This document shows positions 37,257 through 46,475 of a DNA stretch of 64,000 nt, one piece after another. Made by a program: the position numbers and the translations under genes. The first letter of the stretch is position 1, and each line of letters opens with the position of its first letter. The notes beneath the pieces were generated by a model that was not told where the DNA came from, did no database searches, and saw only the letters and a program-made list of their open reading frames with translations. The DNA comes from Candidatus Helarchaeota archaeon (GTDB lineage Archaea > Asgardarchaeota > Lokiarchaeia > Helarchaeales > RDOG01), in the NCBI GenBank assembly GCA_019058315.1, contig JAHPZH010000002.1, positions 1,005,910-1,069,909 on the forward strand. Reading direction: 5' to 3'.

Positions 37257-38004
37257 AAATACAAATTAATTTAAATAGATTTTATACAAAAAATACTTGA
37301 AATTTGCAAAGTTTTCATAAAATTTTGTGATTTCTTTGATACTATATTTATTAAAATAATGGGTTCTGAAACCAGAATTGGAAATATTGGGGGATCTGGA
37401 TCCAAAGTATGGGGTAACCTCACTTATATACCCTTTAGTAGAATCTATATTAGAAGATAAACTTAATTTATATGAAACTTCTATATATGAATTAAGATTA
37501 AAATCCTTACAAAAATGTAAGTAGAGATTAAACAACAATATCTTTTACCTGCTACTTTTAAACCTAAAAACTCCCATTTAAATTTGAAAAAATCAATTTT
37601 TTAGGGATAGATAATGTCTTTTGAATTTATATTTAAATTCTTCGAACTAATGATACATATTATATAATATCTATTAGATATTCACGATTATTCATTGTGA
37701 AATTCTTAATAATTATTGTAAAATTTCCAAAAAATAACTACATTTTAATGCGATTTTTATAATGAATAATATTCAATTCACAAAAAATCTCTTATTATAA
37801 AAATAAAGGAATTCATTTAGGTATATTATTAAATCATTTTCATTCTTACCTAATTTAATTTTTATAAGAGGAAAAAATTAATAAAAACTATAATTAATTT
37901 GAATTTCTTATAAAAGACGCTTCTATAATTAAATTTTAAATATATTTCGTCATTTGATTTACTAAATACTTATTTCTTTAATATAACTAACAAAAAAACT
38001 TATC

Positions 38005-38020
38005 AAGTTTTTATATAATA
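38005..38020 (+). promoter_or_regulatory. Putative TATA box for the gene at 38048
   Basis: TTTATATA at about 38009-38016, some 30 nt upstream of the ATG; the AT-rich background lowers specificity. Confidence 0.35.
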
Positions 38021-38047
38021 AGTTAATAACAATAATACTTGATGTGA

Positions 38048-39493
38048 ATGAAATTGGGAATACGAAATAAATCCATTATATATGTATTAGTATTATTATT
38101 AAGTCTTAATACTACATTTCAAATATTAAATAATAAATTGATCTTAGTTTCGGAACATTATAATACAAAAGCTCCAGATTTATCTTCCAAAAATATATTA
38201 ACAAAAATGGGAAATGAAATTCAAGCAAATACTTACAATAATAGTAATCAAGCAATCCCTGCAATTTCATGTATTTCCAATGATTCCGTCATTATAGTTT
38301 GGCAAAGTGCAAATCAAGATGGGAGTTTAAGAGGTATATTTGCTAAGCTTTTTGATTCAGATGGTAATAACAAAACCAACGACATCCAAGTAAATACTTA
38401 TAATTCAAACGATCAATTGTGGCCATCGGTTTCTTATTTCTCTGATAAATCCTTTGTAATAACTTGGACCAGTGATGGACAAGATACAGATGGTTATGGT
38501 GTTTATGCTAAAATTTTTAATTCCTCTGGACTTAATCGGACTAATGATATTCAAGTAAATTCTAATAATACAAATGATCAAAGACTATCAAAAGTATCAA
38601 GTTTTTCTGATGGATCTTTTGTTGTAGCTTGGGAAAGTTATTTTCAAGATGGTGATGGTACTGGAGTTTTTTTCAAAATCTTTAATTCAACTGGTGCTAA
38701 TAAGACTGATGATATTCGAGTAAACGATTATACTTCTAATGATCAAGATAATGTATTCATTTGCTGTCTTCCTAATAACGATTTTGTTGTGGCATGGATA
38801 AGTGATCAACAAGATGGAGCTGGAGATAGTGTCTATATTAAAATTTTTAACTCATTAGGCGTTGAAAAAACCGGTGAAATACTAGTAAATAATTTTTACG
38901 AACATTCACAAATGAATCCTTTCATCCGTAGTTTTTCTGATAGTTCATTTGTTATAGCATGGCAATGCTTCGCTCAAGACGGAGATGGTTGGGGAATCTT
39001 TACAAAAATTTTCAATTCAACAGGACTCAATACCACAAATGATATCCAAGCCAACACGCATTATGAAGATTGGCAAGATAGACCTTCAGTTTGTTGTTTT
39101 TCTGATAAATCTTTTATGGTTACATGGAATAGTAGAGATATTACTTATACTGATGTTTATGCAAGCCTTTTTGACTCATCGGGTCATAAGCTGACTGGAG
39201 ATATAAGAATTAATACCTATACACAATATTATCAAGATACTACATCTGTTGATTGTCTTTCAAATGATAAATTTGTAATAGTTTGGCAAAGTCAAGACCA
39301 AGATGGAGATGGGTTAGGGATCTTTTTCAGAATTGGATATTTTGCTAAATCTTATGAATATGAAAAATTAATTATAAGTATGTTGATAATGCAATCAGGG
39401 ACTAGAATAGATTCTTTTCTAATTGGTGGAATTCTTTTAGGATCTTTTGCTTCAATTATTTTCGTTTTTTGGTATTGGAATAAAAGAAGATAA
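38048..39493 (+). CDS. Secreted, C-terminally anchored repeat protein (about 7 repeats of about 57 aa, probable beta-propeller)
   Basis: N-terminal signal; repeats of DIQVNTY..DQ..P.V..FSDxSFV..WxS..QDGxGxGxFxKIFNSxG; C-terminal TM ending WNKRR; many N-x-S/T sequons. Confidence 0.85.
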   Translation: MKLGIRNKSIIYVLVLLLSLNTTFQILNNKLILVSEHYNTKAPDLSSKNILTKMGNEIQANTYNNSNQAIPAISCISNDSVIIVWQSANQDGSLRGIFAKLFDSDGNNKTNDIQVNTYNSNDQLWPSVSYFSDKSFVITWTSDGQDTDGYGVYAKIFNSSGLNRTNDIQVNSNNTNDQRLSKVSSFSDGSFVVAWESYFQDGDGTGVFFKIFNSTGANKTDDIRVNDYTSNDQDNVFICCLPNNDFVVAWISDQQDGAGDSVYIKIFNSLGVEKTGEILVNNFYEHSQMNPFIRSFSDSSFVIAWQCFAQDGDGWGIFTKIFNSTGLNTTNDIQANTHYEDWQDRPSVCCFSDKSFMVTWNSRDITYTDVYASLFDSSGHKLTGDIRINTYTQYYQDTTSVDCLSNDKFVIVWQSQDQDGDGLGIFFRIGYFAKSYEYEKLIISMLIMQSGTRIDSFLIGGILLGSFASIIFVFWYWNKRR

Positions 39494-39808
39494 TTTTATA
39501 TATAATTTATGAACACCAATTGGATAATCTATTAAAAATGAATTAAGACATTTATTATTTCACTCTAGATAGAACTTAAGTTACGAGAATAAAAATTATC
39601 TAAATGAAAGCTTAAGCATTATAAAAAACTATAATTAAAAAAAATGCCATAGAATACTATGAAGAAACTATTAAGCTTTTTATTCTTGAGAAATAAATGT
39701 TTTATAACAAAGAATTATGTTAATATAAAAAAGCATTAATTAAAATTAACTTTAATTGAACGATATAGAACAGAAAAATTATTTCAAATATTATATTATT
39801 TAAAAGAA

Positions 39809-40705
39809 ATGGTTAAAGGAATGAATTTTAATAATTACGTTGAGATTCGAGGAAAAAAATATGTTTTAAAAAGGGATTATCACGGATTTATCAAACTGAA
39901 TCTATCTAGTGCTAATATCTCAAGTATTACAGAAGTTGAAGGTTTAAATAAACTTCACCCATTCAATATATTAAGAATTATGGGAGATCCAAACTCGAAA
40001 CGTAAGTTTGTGGATATGGATAGTTTGGAAGAATTAACAAGAGATCAAAAATTACAAATTCATAAATTATTTCTTAATAATAATGAAATTATTAAAATTA
40101 AAGGGTTGAGAGGTTTTGCTAAGTTGGCAACATTAGACCTTAGTGGGAATAAAATCAATAGTATAGAAGGATTAAATGAACTTCCAAATCTTCAAATACT
40201 TTCACTCATAAAAAATCAAATTAGGGAAATTGCGGGTTTAGATAATTTAACTAAATTAAATTCCCTAAGACTTAATAAGAACAAAATTCAAGAAATAAAA
40301 GGTCTAAATAAAATTATTAATTTAAAATCACTCGATTTAAGATCAAATGAAATTAAGGAAATTAAAGGTCTAGAATCACTTAAAAATTTAACATCACTTT
40401 CCCTAGATAATAATAAAATTAAAGAGATTAAAGGACTAGAAAAATTAAGAAATTTAAGGTCATTATCTTTAGGGAGTAACCAAATTACAAAAATTGAAGG
40501 ATTGGATAATCTTATTAAATTACAAGAATTGAGTCTTGATAATAATGAAATTTGTAAAGTGGAAGGATTGGATAATCTTATTAGGTTAGAAGATTTGGAT
40601 CTTTCTAGAAATCGAATATCTGTAGAATATGAATACCTTATGGCTGAATTACGTGTCGATTCTCCATATTTAGAAATTTTAACACTAGATAATCAGAAAT
40701 CATAA
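39809..40705 (+). CDS. Leucine-rich repeat protein (SDS22/internalin-like 22-aa repeats)
   Basis: About 9 repeats of LxxLxLxxNxIxxIxGLxxL; identical 22-mer gaaggattggataatcttatta at 40496 and 40562. Confidence 0.92.
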   Translation: MVKGMNFNNYVEIRGKKYVLKRDYHGFIKLNLSSANISSITEVEGLNKLHPFNILRIMGDPNSKRKFVDMDSLEELTRDQKLQIHKLFLNNNEIIKIKGLRGFAKLATLDLSGNKINSIEGLNELPNLQILSLIKNQIREIAGLDNLTKLNSLRLNKNKIQEIKGLNKIINLKSLDLRSNEIKEIKGLESLKNLTSLSLDNNKIKEIKGLEKLRNLRSLSLGSNQITKIEGLDNLIKLQELSLDNNEICKVEGLDNLIRLEDLDLSRNRISVEYEYLMAELRVDSPYLEILTLDNQKS

Positions 40706-40778
40706 AAATAATTATTTATTTTTTCATTTTATCATATTTTTGAGTAAAATTTAGATTTATTTAATATGAAAATAGAAA

Positions 40779-41563
40779 TTATGAATCTGTCTTATATTTT
40801 CCCATTATAAGTCTATAAAGTTCTTTAATCCAAGAAAGTATAACCGTTAGAGAGCCAATAAATAATAATATAACTCCCCAACTGAATCGTTCTGGGTATA
40901 CTAAAGACTGTATATTTAAAAAAAAGCTAAAAAATACTAAACAAATTCCTAATAGCGAAAAAATTATTTTTACAATTTGATTTTTTTCTAAATTAGGGAT
41001 ATTAGTACATATTATTAAGCTAGCTAAACCAACAATCCCTGAAATAAGTATAAGACTCCCAATAATCAGTCCAGAAGTTAAATTAGGTCTTATAAGGTTA
41101 TAAATAAGTGTAAGAGTGCCTATTAACTCACTCTTATCTGATATTTCGGAACTAAGTATATCGTTTAACCAAATTATATATCCCAACCTGAAATTTTCCG
41201 CAAATACTCTATTTCTTTCATTAATTAACAACCAAAATATTCCTATAGCAATAATTATTATACTAGTGTTAATTAAAATGAAAACAATTTTTTTCTTTGT
41301 TTCCCAACCTCTCATTATTCGTGCCAAATTTATGAAAGCCATTTCTATAAATCCTTCTAAAATTCTAAATATCTTCTTTAATAAAAAACCTTTTTTTTAT
41401 AAACCACTTTCCAAAGTAACGTTAAATCATCTTGAAACAAGAGATTTGAATTTTCTTCTCTGATACTCCCCAATATTTCCAATGCGCTTTGCTCAACATA
41501 TTTAAAAACTTTGATCGGTTCTGTAATTAAACTAGACATTTCAGATTTACGAATTGAGTCCAA
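40779..41563 (-). CDS. Membrane protein of about 260 aa split by a -1 frameshift at an A8 run (track ORFs 41378..41563 and 40779..41342)
   Basis: The upstream frame starts at TTG 41563, just after the stop of the previous gene, and reads ...WKVVY-AAA-AAA-AAG, stopping 4 codons later. The -1 frame opens exactly at the A run (TAA immediately before it) and reads GFLLKKIFRILEGFIEMAF into the 4-TM ORF. Confidence 0.65.
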
Positions 41564-41565
41564 CC

Positions 41566-42657
41566 CTAATCATATTCAGGAACAAATGGAAAACAGTCTA
41601 GAACCAAATTAGAGGTTGTTTTAAATTTTTCCTCATCAATTGTTTCTGTAAGAAATTGAGAGTAATCCTTTAAAAATCGTTCAGTAAAAGAATTAAGAGC
41701 ATCTCTTAATGTTTTCGAAGACTTGTTTGCTACTAAAACGCAAATAATGGGGTGCTTCTCACTTTTTCTTAAAATAAGGATAGCTTCTTCGAGATGGATT
41801 TCGCTGACAATTCCTTTACCTAAAGATTCTTGAACAAATTGATTTATGGCATGCATCATTCCAGAAAAGAGTGACGCGTCTGACATTTCTTCTTTTTCAC
41901 TCCAAGTATAGCTATAAATTGGAATTCCACCAACTGATTCAATAATTGCAAGTCTTAACACTTTAAATGGTAATATATATGCTAACTTCGGCTGCTTTGC
42001 AAAGGAAATTGCAGTTATTAAGATCCCAACACCAAAAAGTGCCATATGTATTCCAGGAACTGCCAAGTGTAACCCAAGTATAACAGCAACGGTGGTAACG
42101 ACTCCAAAAATAATAGTTCCTACTAAGCACATGAAAGAATTGAATTGTAATTTTTTGGGAGCATTTATATGAATTTTAGCAAAATAATAAATCATAAGAC
42201 TACCCATTACTAATTCATGAACTGCAAGAATAGGTAATAGCTTTCCACTAAAAAAAATCGTCCACTCTCCATTAGGATATGTATCAACAGCAAATGAATT
42301 CGGATCCAAACAGGCAATCATTAAAGCCCCAGAAAGTAGACTAATAACCATTATTTTTATTGGATCAAAAGATTCACGAGATATTATATCTACTAATAAA
42401 ACAACACTAAATCCCATAGGAACATAAGAATAACAAAATATCATTAATATTGGAACACTTAAAAAAAAGTCAGCAAATGCATAAGAAAAGATCATTAAAA
42501 AGGAAAAAAAGCAACTTAGCCCCAGAAATATTATAGGGCGGTATTTATATTTAAAATAAAAATAAATTGCGAATATAATTCCAGGAATTACAAGTCCTGA
42601 AGCTATGAATGTTATTATGGTATGCATTTTCCATCCAACAAACATATTAATCCACAC
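41566..42657 (-). CDS. 7-TM membrane protein with C-terminal longin/roadblock-like domain
   Basis: Seven hydrophobic segments, then LAIIESVGGIPIYSYTW...LFSGMMHAINQFVQESLGKGIVSEIHLEEAILIL...ICVLVA...LRDALNSFTERF. Confidence 0.75.
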   Translation of the reverse strand: MWINMFVGWKMHTIITFIASGLVIPGIIFAIYFYFKYKYRPIIFLGLSCFFSFLMIFSYAFADFFLSVPILMIFCYSYVPMGFSVVLLVDIISRESFDPIKIMVISLLSGALMIACLDPNSFAVDTYPNGEWTIFFSGKLLPILAVHELVMGSLMIYYFAKIHINAPKKLQFNSFMCLVGTIIFGVVTTVAVILGLHLAVPGIHMALFGVGILITAISFAKQPKLAYILPFKVLRLAIIESVGGIPIYSYTWSEKEEMSDASLFSGMMHAINQFVQESLGKGIVSEIHLEEAILILRKSEKHPIICVLVANKSSKTLRDALNSFTERFLKDYSQFLTETIDEEKFKTTSNLVLDCFPFVPEYD

Positions 42658-42729
42658 TCTCTAATTTGGTTTCTAGATTTCAAATTTTTTGAAATAATTA
42701 ACAGATTCTTATATTTTTTATATTATTTA

Positions 42730-43320
42730 TTATTTTCTAATTTTTGGGAATAAAGCACCAGTACGCTTTTTGTATTCAATATATGGCTCTCCAAAGCGTT
42801 TGACTAAATCTTGTTCTTCATAATGAATCATAATCGGAACATAAACAACGATGAATATAATGGAGATAATTACTAAAAACCAAGAATTAATGAAAAATCC
42901 GAGTGCTATATATATAGGAAATTCTCCTAGGCTCTGAGGATGGCGAATATAATTATATATTCCCCCATATAATTTCGTTTCAGCCGAAGGTTGAAGAGTT
43001 TCTTTACCAGCATCAATTTCCCCCTTCATCATAAGGATTAAACATGGTATGAGCATTGCAATTCCAATTCCAATACCCACCCAAATATTTTCATTTACTT
43101 TCCAGTCAAGACCTGAAACTGGAAACCATATCCATAAAATCATATTAGCTGTTATAATAAACATAAAAATACCTGAAATAGATCTCAATATAGAACATTC
43201 TCTCCAAGCCGACTCACCTCTAGACTCTTTACGCTTCATGGGTTGGACACTTAAAATATATAACCATCCAAACACAAAATAACTGATAATCATTATAATT
43301 ATATTGATATATTCAATCAA
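42730..43320 (-). CDS. Isoprenylcysteine carboxyl methyltransferase (ICMT/PEMT-like) family membrane protein
   Basis: Multi-TM; motifs GIYNYIRHPQSLG and EEQDLVKRFGEPYIEYKKRTG. Confidence 0.88.
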   Translation of the reverse strand: MIEYINIIIMIISYFVFGWLYILSVQPMKRKESRGESAWRECSILRSISGIFMFIITANMILWIWFPVSGLDWKVNENIWVGIGIGIAMLIPCLILMMKGEIDAGKETLQPSAETKLYGGIYNYIRHPQSLGEFPIYIALGFFINSWFLVIISIIFIVVYVPIMIHYEEQDLVKRFGEPYIEYKKRTGALFPKIRK

Positions 43321-43426
43321 GTTTATACAACACCTATTATTTAATTGCGAATCTTAGTTAACATGTTAAAAATCTGGATATTCAAAACCGTTGTTATTTA
43401 AATATAAAAAAAAATGTTGGAATTTA

Positions 43427-43726
43427 TTATAATTGCATTAATTTTGCAGCATCTGTCATTCCCATTAATGTTTCAATTTTAGCTTTATACCCTTTAATTT
43501 CTAAAAAAGGCATAATAACTTTATTGATCTCGAATAAAGCTTCGTCCCCTTTACCTCTCTCTGTCATAATTAGATGGTAAGCCTTCATACCATCCAATCC
43601 ATCAGACGAACCAAAAGCTTGCCACTTTTTTATAAAAGGGGGTAATTTCCCTGCAGTATCAAAAAATTTTTTGCCAACCTCTTTTGTTTTGTCTCCTGGA
43701 TACCAAACAGTTAATAAAAATATCAT
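43427..43726 (-). CDS. Small hypothetical protein (alpha+beta, DUF3303-like)
   Basis: 99-aa ORF with an upstream GGAGATGA SD and an alternating beta-alpha pattern; family call tentative. Confidence 0.65.
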   Translation of the reverse strand: MIFLLTVWYPGDKTKEVGKKFFDTAGKLPPFIKKWQAFGSSDGLDGMKAYHLIMTERGKGDEALFEINKVIMPFLEIKGYKAKIETLMGMTDAAKLMQL

Positions 43727-43833
43727 TTTATCATCTCCCGGTTTTTTACGATTTTTTAAAAAATCAAAATATCAATTTTATGATTGAATTATAATTACTT
43801 ATCTATTTAATATGAATTTTTCATACTTACTTT

Positions 43834-46149
43834 ATGTCGTTAAATTACAACAAACTTATTCTAAAATGGCAAAAATTAGGATTAGAAGGATTAAAAGAGG
43901 AGCTTATGACTGATGGTAGTCAAGAAGCTCAGATAATATTAAATATATTAAATATGTGTTCATCTATTCTAGAAAAATATCCTGAGCAATTACCAAGCCA
44001 ACTTGTCGCGAATTTTAGAGATCCTAAAGATAATTTTATATTAGATTTCGCTTTAGAAGTAGCAAAAGCTGATAATATAACTTGGCTTATGCCAATTGCC
44101 CCATTTCCACCAACTGAAGAAGCTTGTGTGGCAACATTACATAAACATTCCAATTTTGTAGGGTCTATAGTATGTCTAAGTAATACTGAATTCATCTCTT
44201 CATCAGAAGACGGAACTATGAGAGTTTGGGACCTAGATACGAAACAAAACACAAAAATTTTAACTGAACATACAATGCCAATTAATTGGATGCACTATAC
44301 TCCTGGTAAAAAGCATTTATTATCTGCATCTGATGATTACACTGTAAAAATATGGAATATCTCAGATTGGACTGTGTGGCGTACTCTTAAAGGACATAGC
44401 GATTATGTTAGTAAAGTATCAGAAACTAATACAGATCTTATTGTTTCAATATCTAGAGATCAAACTGTTAAAGTTTGGAATTTTAACAGTGGAGCATGTT
44501 TGCATACGTTGGAGGGTCATAATTCATGGGTATATTGCTTAGCAGTCGCTCCGGACGGTTCTCGCGCTATAACAGCATCAGTTAATAGCACAATGATAGT
44601 TTGGGATTTAATATCTGGTAAAAATCTTAGAAATATTGTTGATGGTGGTGGAGACGTTACCTATATCGCGGGATTAATTTTAGGTGGGTCAAATTATTCT
44701 GAAAAAGGGCATAAAGAATATCCTCTTTATGCTCAATGGTTAGATGATGGACGTATAATTTCTGCATCGAAGGATATAATTATTTGGAATGATAGTAATT
44801 ATACCATTGCAAAGCGACTGGATGGTCATCCATGGAAAATACATGGTTTTGTTTTAAGTCATAATAAAAAATATCTAATCTCAGTTGCAAATAGTATAAA
44901 AATCTGGGATTTAGAAACTGGGAAAAATATTATATCTCTAATAGGGCATAACAAGGAAGAGATTTACAGTATTGCAATAACCCCTAATGAAAAATATGTA
45001 TTAACTGGAGATAAAAAAGGCATAATTAAGATTTGGGATTTAGAATCATTATTCTCTAAAGATCGAGTAACCGGTCATACAAGTTGGGCTGGGTCAATAT
45101 CAATATCACCCGATGGTAATCTCGTTGCCACAGGTGGTTATGATGAAACTGCAGTTATTTGGGATGTTAAAACTGGTAAACCTCGTCATCATTTAAAAGG
45201 ACATTCAGGAATGGGTGTTAATATAATAGGGTTCCGCTCTAACGGAAAGGAATTACTCACTTCAAGTTCTGGTGAGATGAGAATCTGGAATACCGAGAAC
45301 GGGGAACTACTAAAAAAAGTTAATTATGCCATTAATTTATTTACAATCGATAACTCTTTAATTTTAGAAGGAGAAAAACAAGTTTTTTGTACAAATATGA
45401 GTTATCGTCCAACTCTTTGGGATCTTGAAAAAGGAAAAGTCAATTCTTTTGAATTAAAATTCGGATTTACATTTAATATTTGTGTATCCCAAGATGGTCA
45501 TTATTTACTTGCGTGTTCCTACCCTACTAATTTACTTGATGAAGGATATGTTGCTAAACCTGAACCAAATTTTAGTCCAGTTTATCTCTGGGATTTAAAA
45601 GAAAATAAAGTTATTCGAGAATTCTGGTTTGTGAAACAAAAAATCGAAAAAGCGGATGCGCAAGATACCGAGGAAATTAAAATCTACCCAACTAAAGTTA
45701 CTTTTAGTTCTAAAGAAGATAAAGTTATTGCTGGCTTCTCTAATGGCTATTTATGTATTTGGAAAAGAGATTCTGGAGAAATTATTAAATTTTTTAAAGC
45801 TTCAAATGATTATTTTTCAAATTTTTTCTTGACATTTGATGAAAAAATCGCTACATTCGGACAAAATGATAATTTAATAAGAATTTGGAGTTTGGAAGAT
45901 TACAAAATCTCACGTACAATTCCAATTCTTGGTCCTAAACTAAATAATGCGACTATCTCAGAAGATAGGAAAATAATAGCTGGTGTAATAGAAAAGAATA
46001 CAATTGTTCTCGTAGATTTAAAAGAAAATAAAGTGATTTCCACTCTTACTTTACCGAAACCAATAAATGAATTAAAATTTTCAGAAAATAGACTTTTTGT
46101 TGCTACAAGTGACGGTTTACTTTATGGTTTTGAAATAATTCAACAATAA
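43834..46149 (+). CDS. WD40-repeat protein (about 14 repeats, double beta-propeller)
   Basis: Repeated GH..W/YV..(S)xSxDxTVKxWx motifs, e.g. LEGHNSWVYCLAVAPDGSRAITAS and GHTSWAGSISISPDGNLVATGGYDETAVIWD. Confidence 0.92.
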   Translation: MSLNYNKLILKWQKLGLEGLKEELMTDGSQEAQIILNILNMCSSILEKYPEQLPSQLVANFRDPKDNFILDFALEVAKADNITWLMPIAPFPPTEEACVATLHKHSNFVGSIVCLSNTEFISSSEDGTMRVWDLDTKQNTKILTEHTMPINWMHYTPGKKHLLSASDDYTVKIWNISDWTVWRTLKGHSDYVSKVSETNTDLIVSISRDQTVKVWNFNSGACLHTLEGHNSWVYCLAVAPDGSRAITASVNSTMIVWDLISGKNLRNIVDGGGDVTYIAGLILGGSNYSEKGHKEYPLYAQWLDDGRIISASKDIIIWNDSNYTIAKRLDGHPWKIHGFVLSHNKKYLISVANSIKIWDLETGKNIISLIGHNKEEIYSIAITPNEKYVLTGDKKGIIKIWDLESLFSKDRVTGHTSWAGSISISPDGNLVATGGYDETAVIWDVKTGKPRHHLKGHSGMGVNIIGFRSNGKELLTSSSGEMRIWNTENGELLKKVNYAINLFTIDNSLILEGEKQVFCTNMSYRPTLWDLEKGKVNSFELKFGFTFNICVSQDGHYLLACSYPTNLLDEGYVAKPEPNFSPVYLWDLKENKVIREFWFVKQKIEKADAQDTEEIKIYPTKVTFSSKEDKVIAGFSNGYLCIWKRDSGEIIKFFKASNDYFSNFFLTFDEKIATFGQNDNLIRIWSLEDYKISRTIPILGPKLNNATISEDRKIIAGVIEKNTIVLVDLKENKVISTLTLPKPINELKFSENRLFVATSDGLLYGFEIIQQ

Positions 46150-46475
46150 ATCAAGAGTATATATTGAATTTGTAGTCAAAAATTATTATTTTTTTATAGC
46201 GAATTTGCTACTATTTTATAAAATATTGACATATATGCAATAATTTAATTTTTATTCTGTCCCAATGGAATATATTTCTAATTGAACTTTGTCTCACTGA
46301 GTTATATTGGACAATTCGCAAATAACAACTCTCAAACTATTGAGTTTCGCAAAGAAATATTTTTATTTCATTGCTAAAAACTGTTATTCACAAATAATTT
46401 TCAATTATAAAGAGAGATCATTGAAAATTTTTCATTTGAATCATTAAAATTCAATTTAATTACAACCTAATTTTT

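Noticed and set aside
37266-37538. 90-aa minus-strand ORF upstream of the giant gene
   Set aside because: TTG start, AT-driven Tyr/Asn/Phe composition, no motif; probably a chance ORF in the control region.
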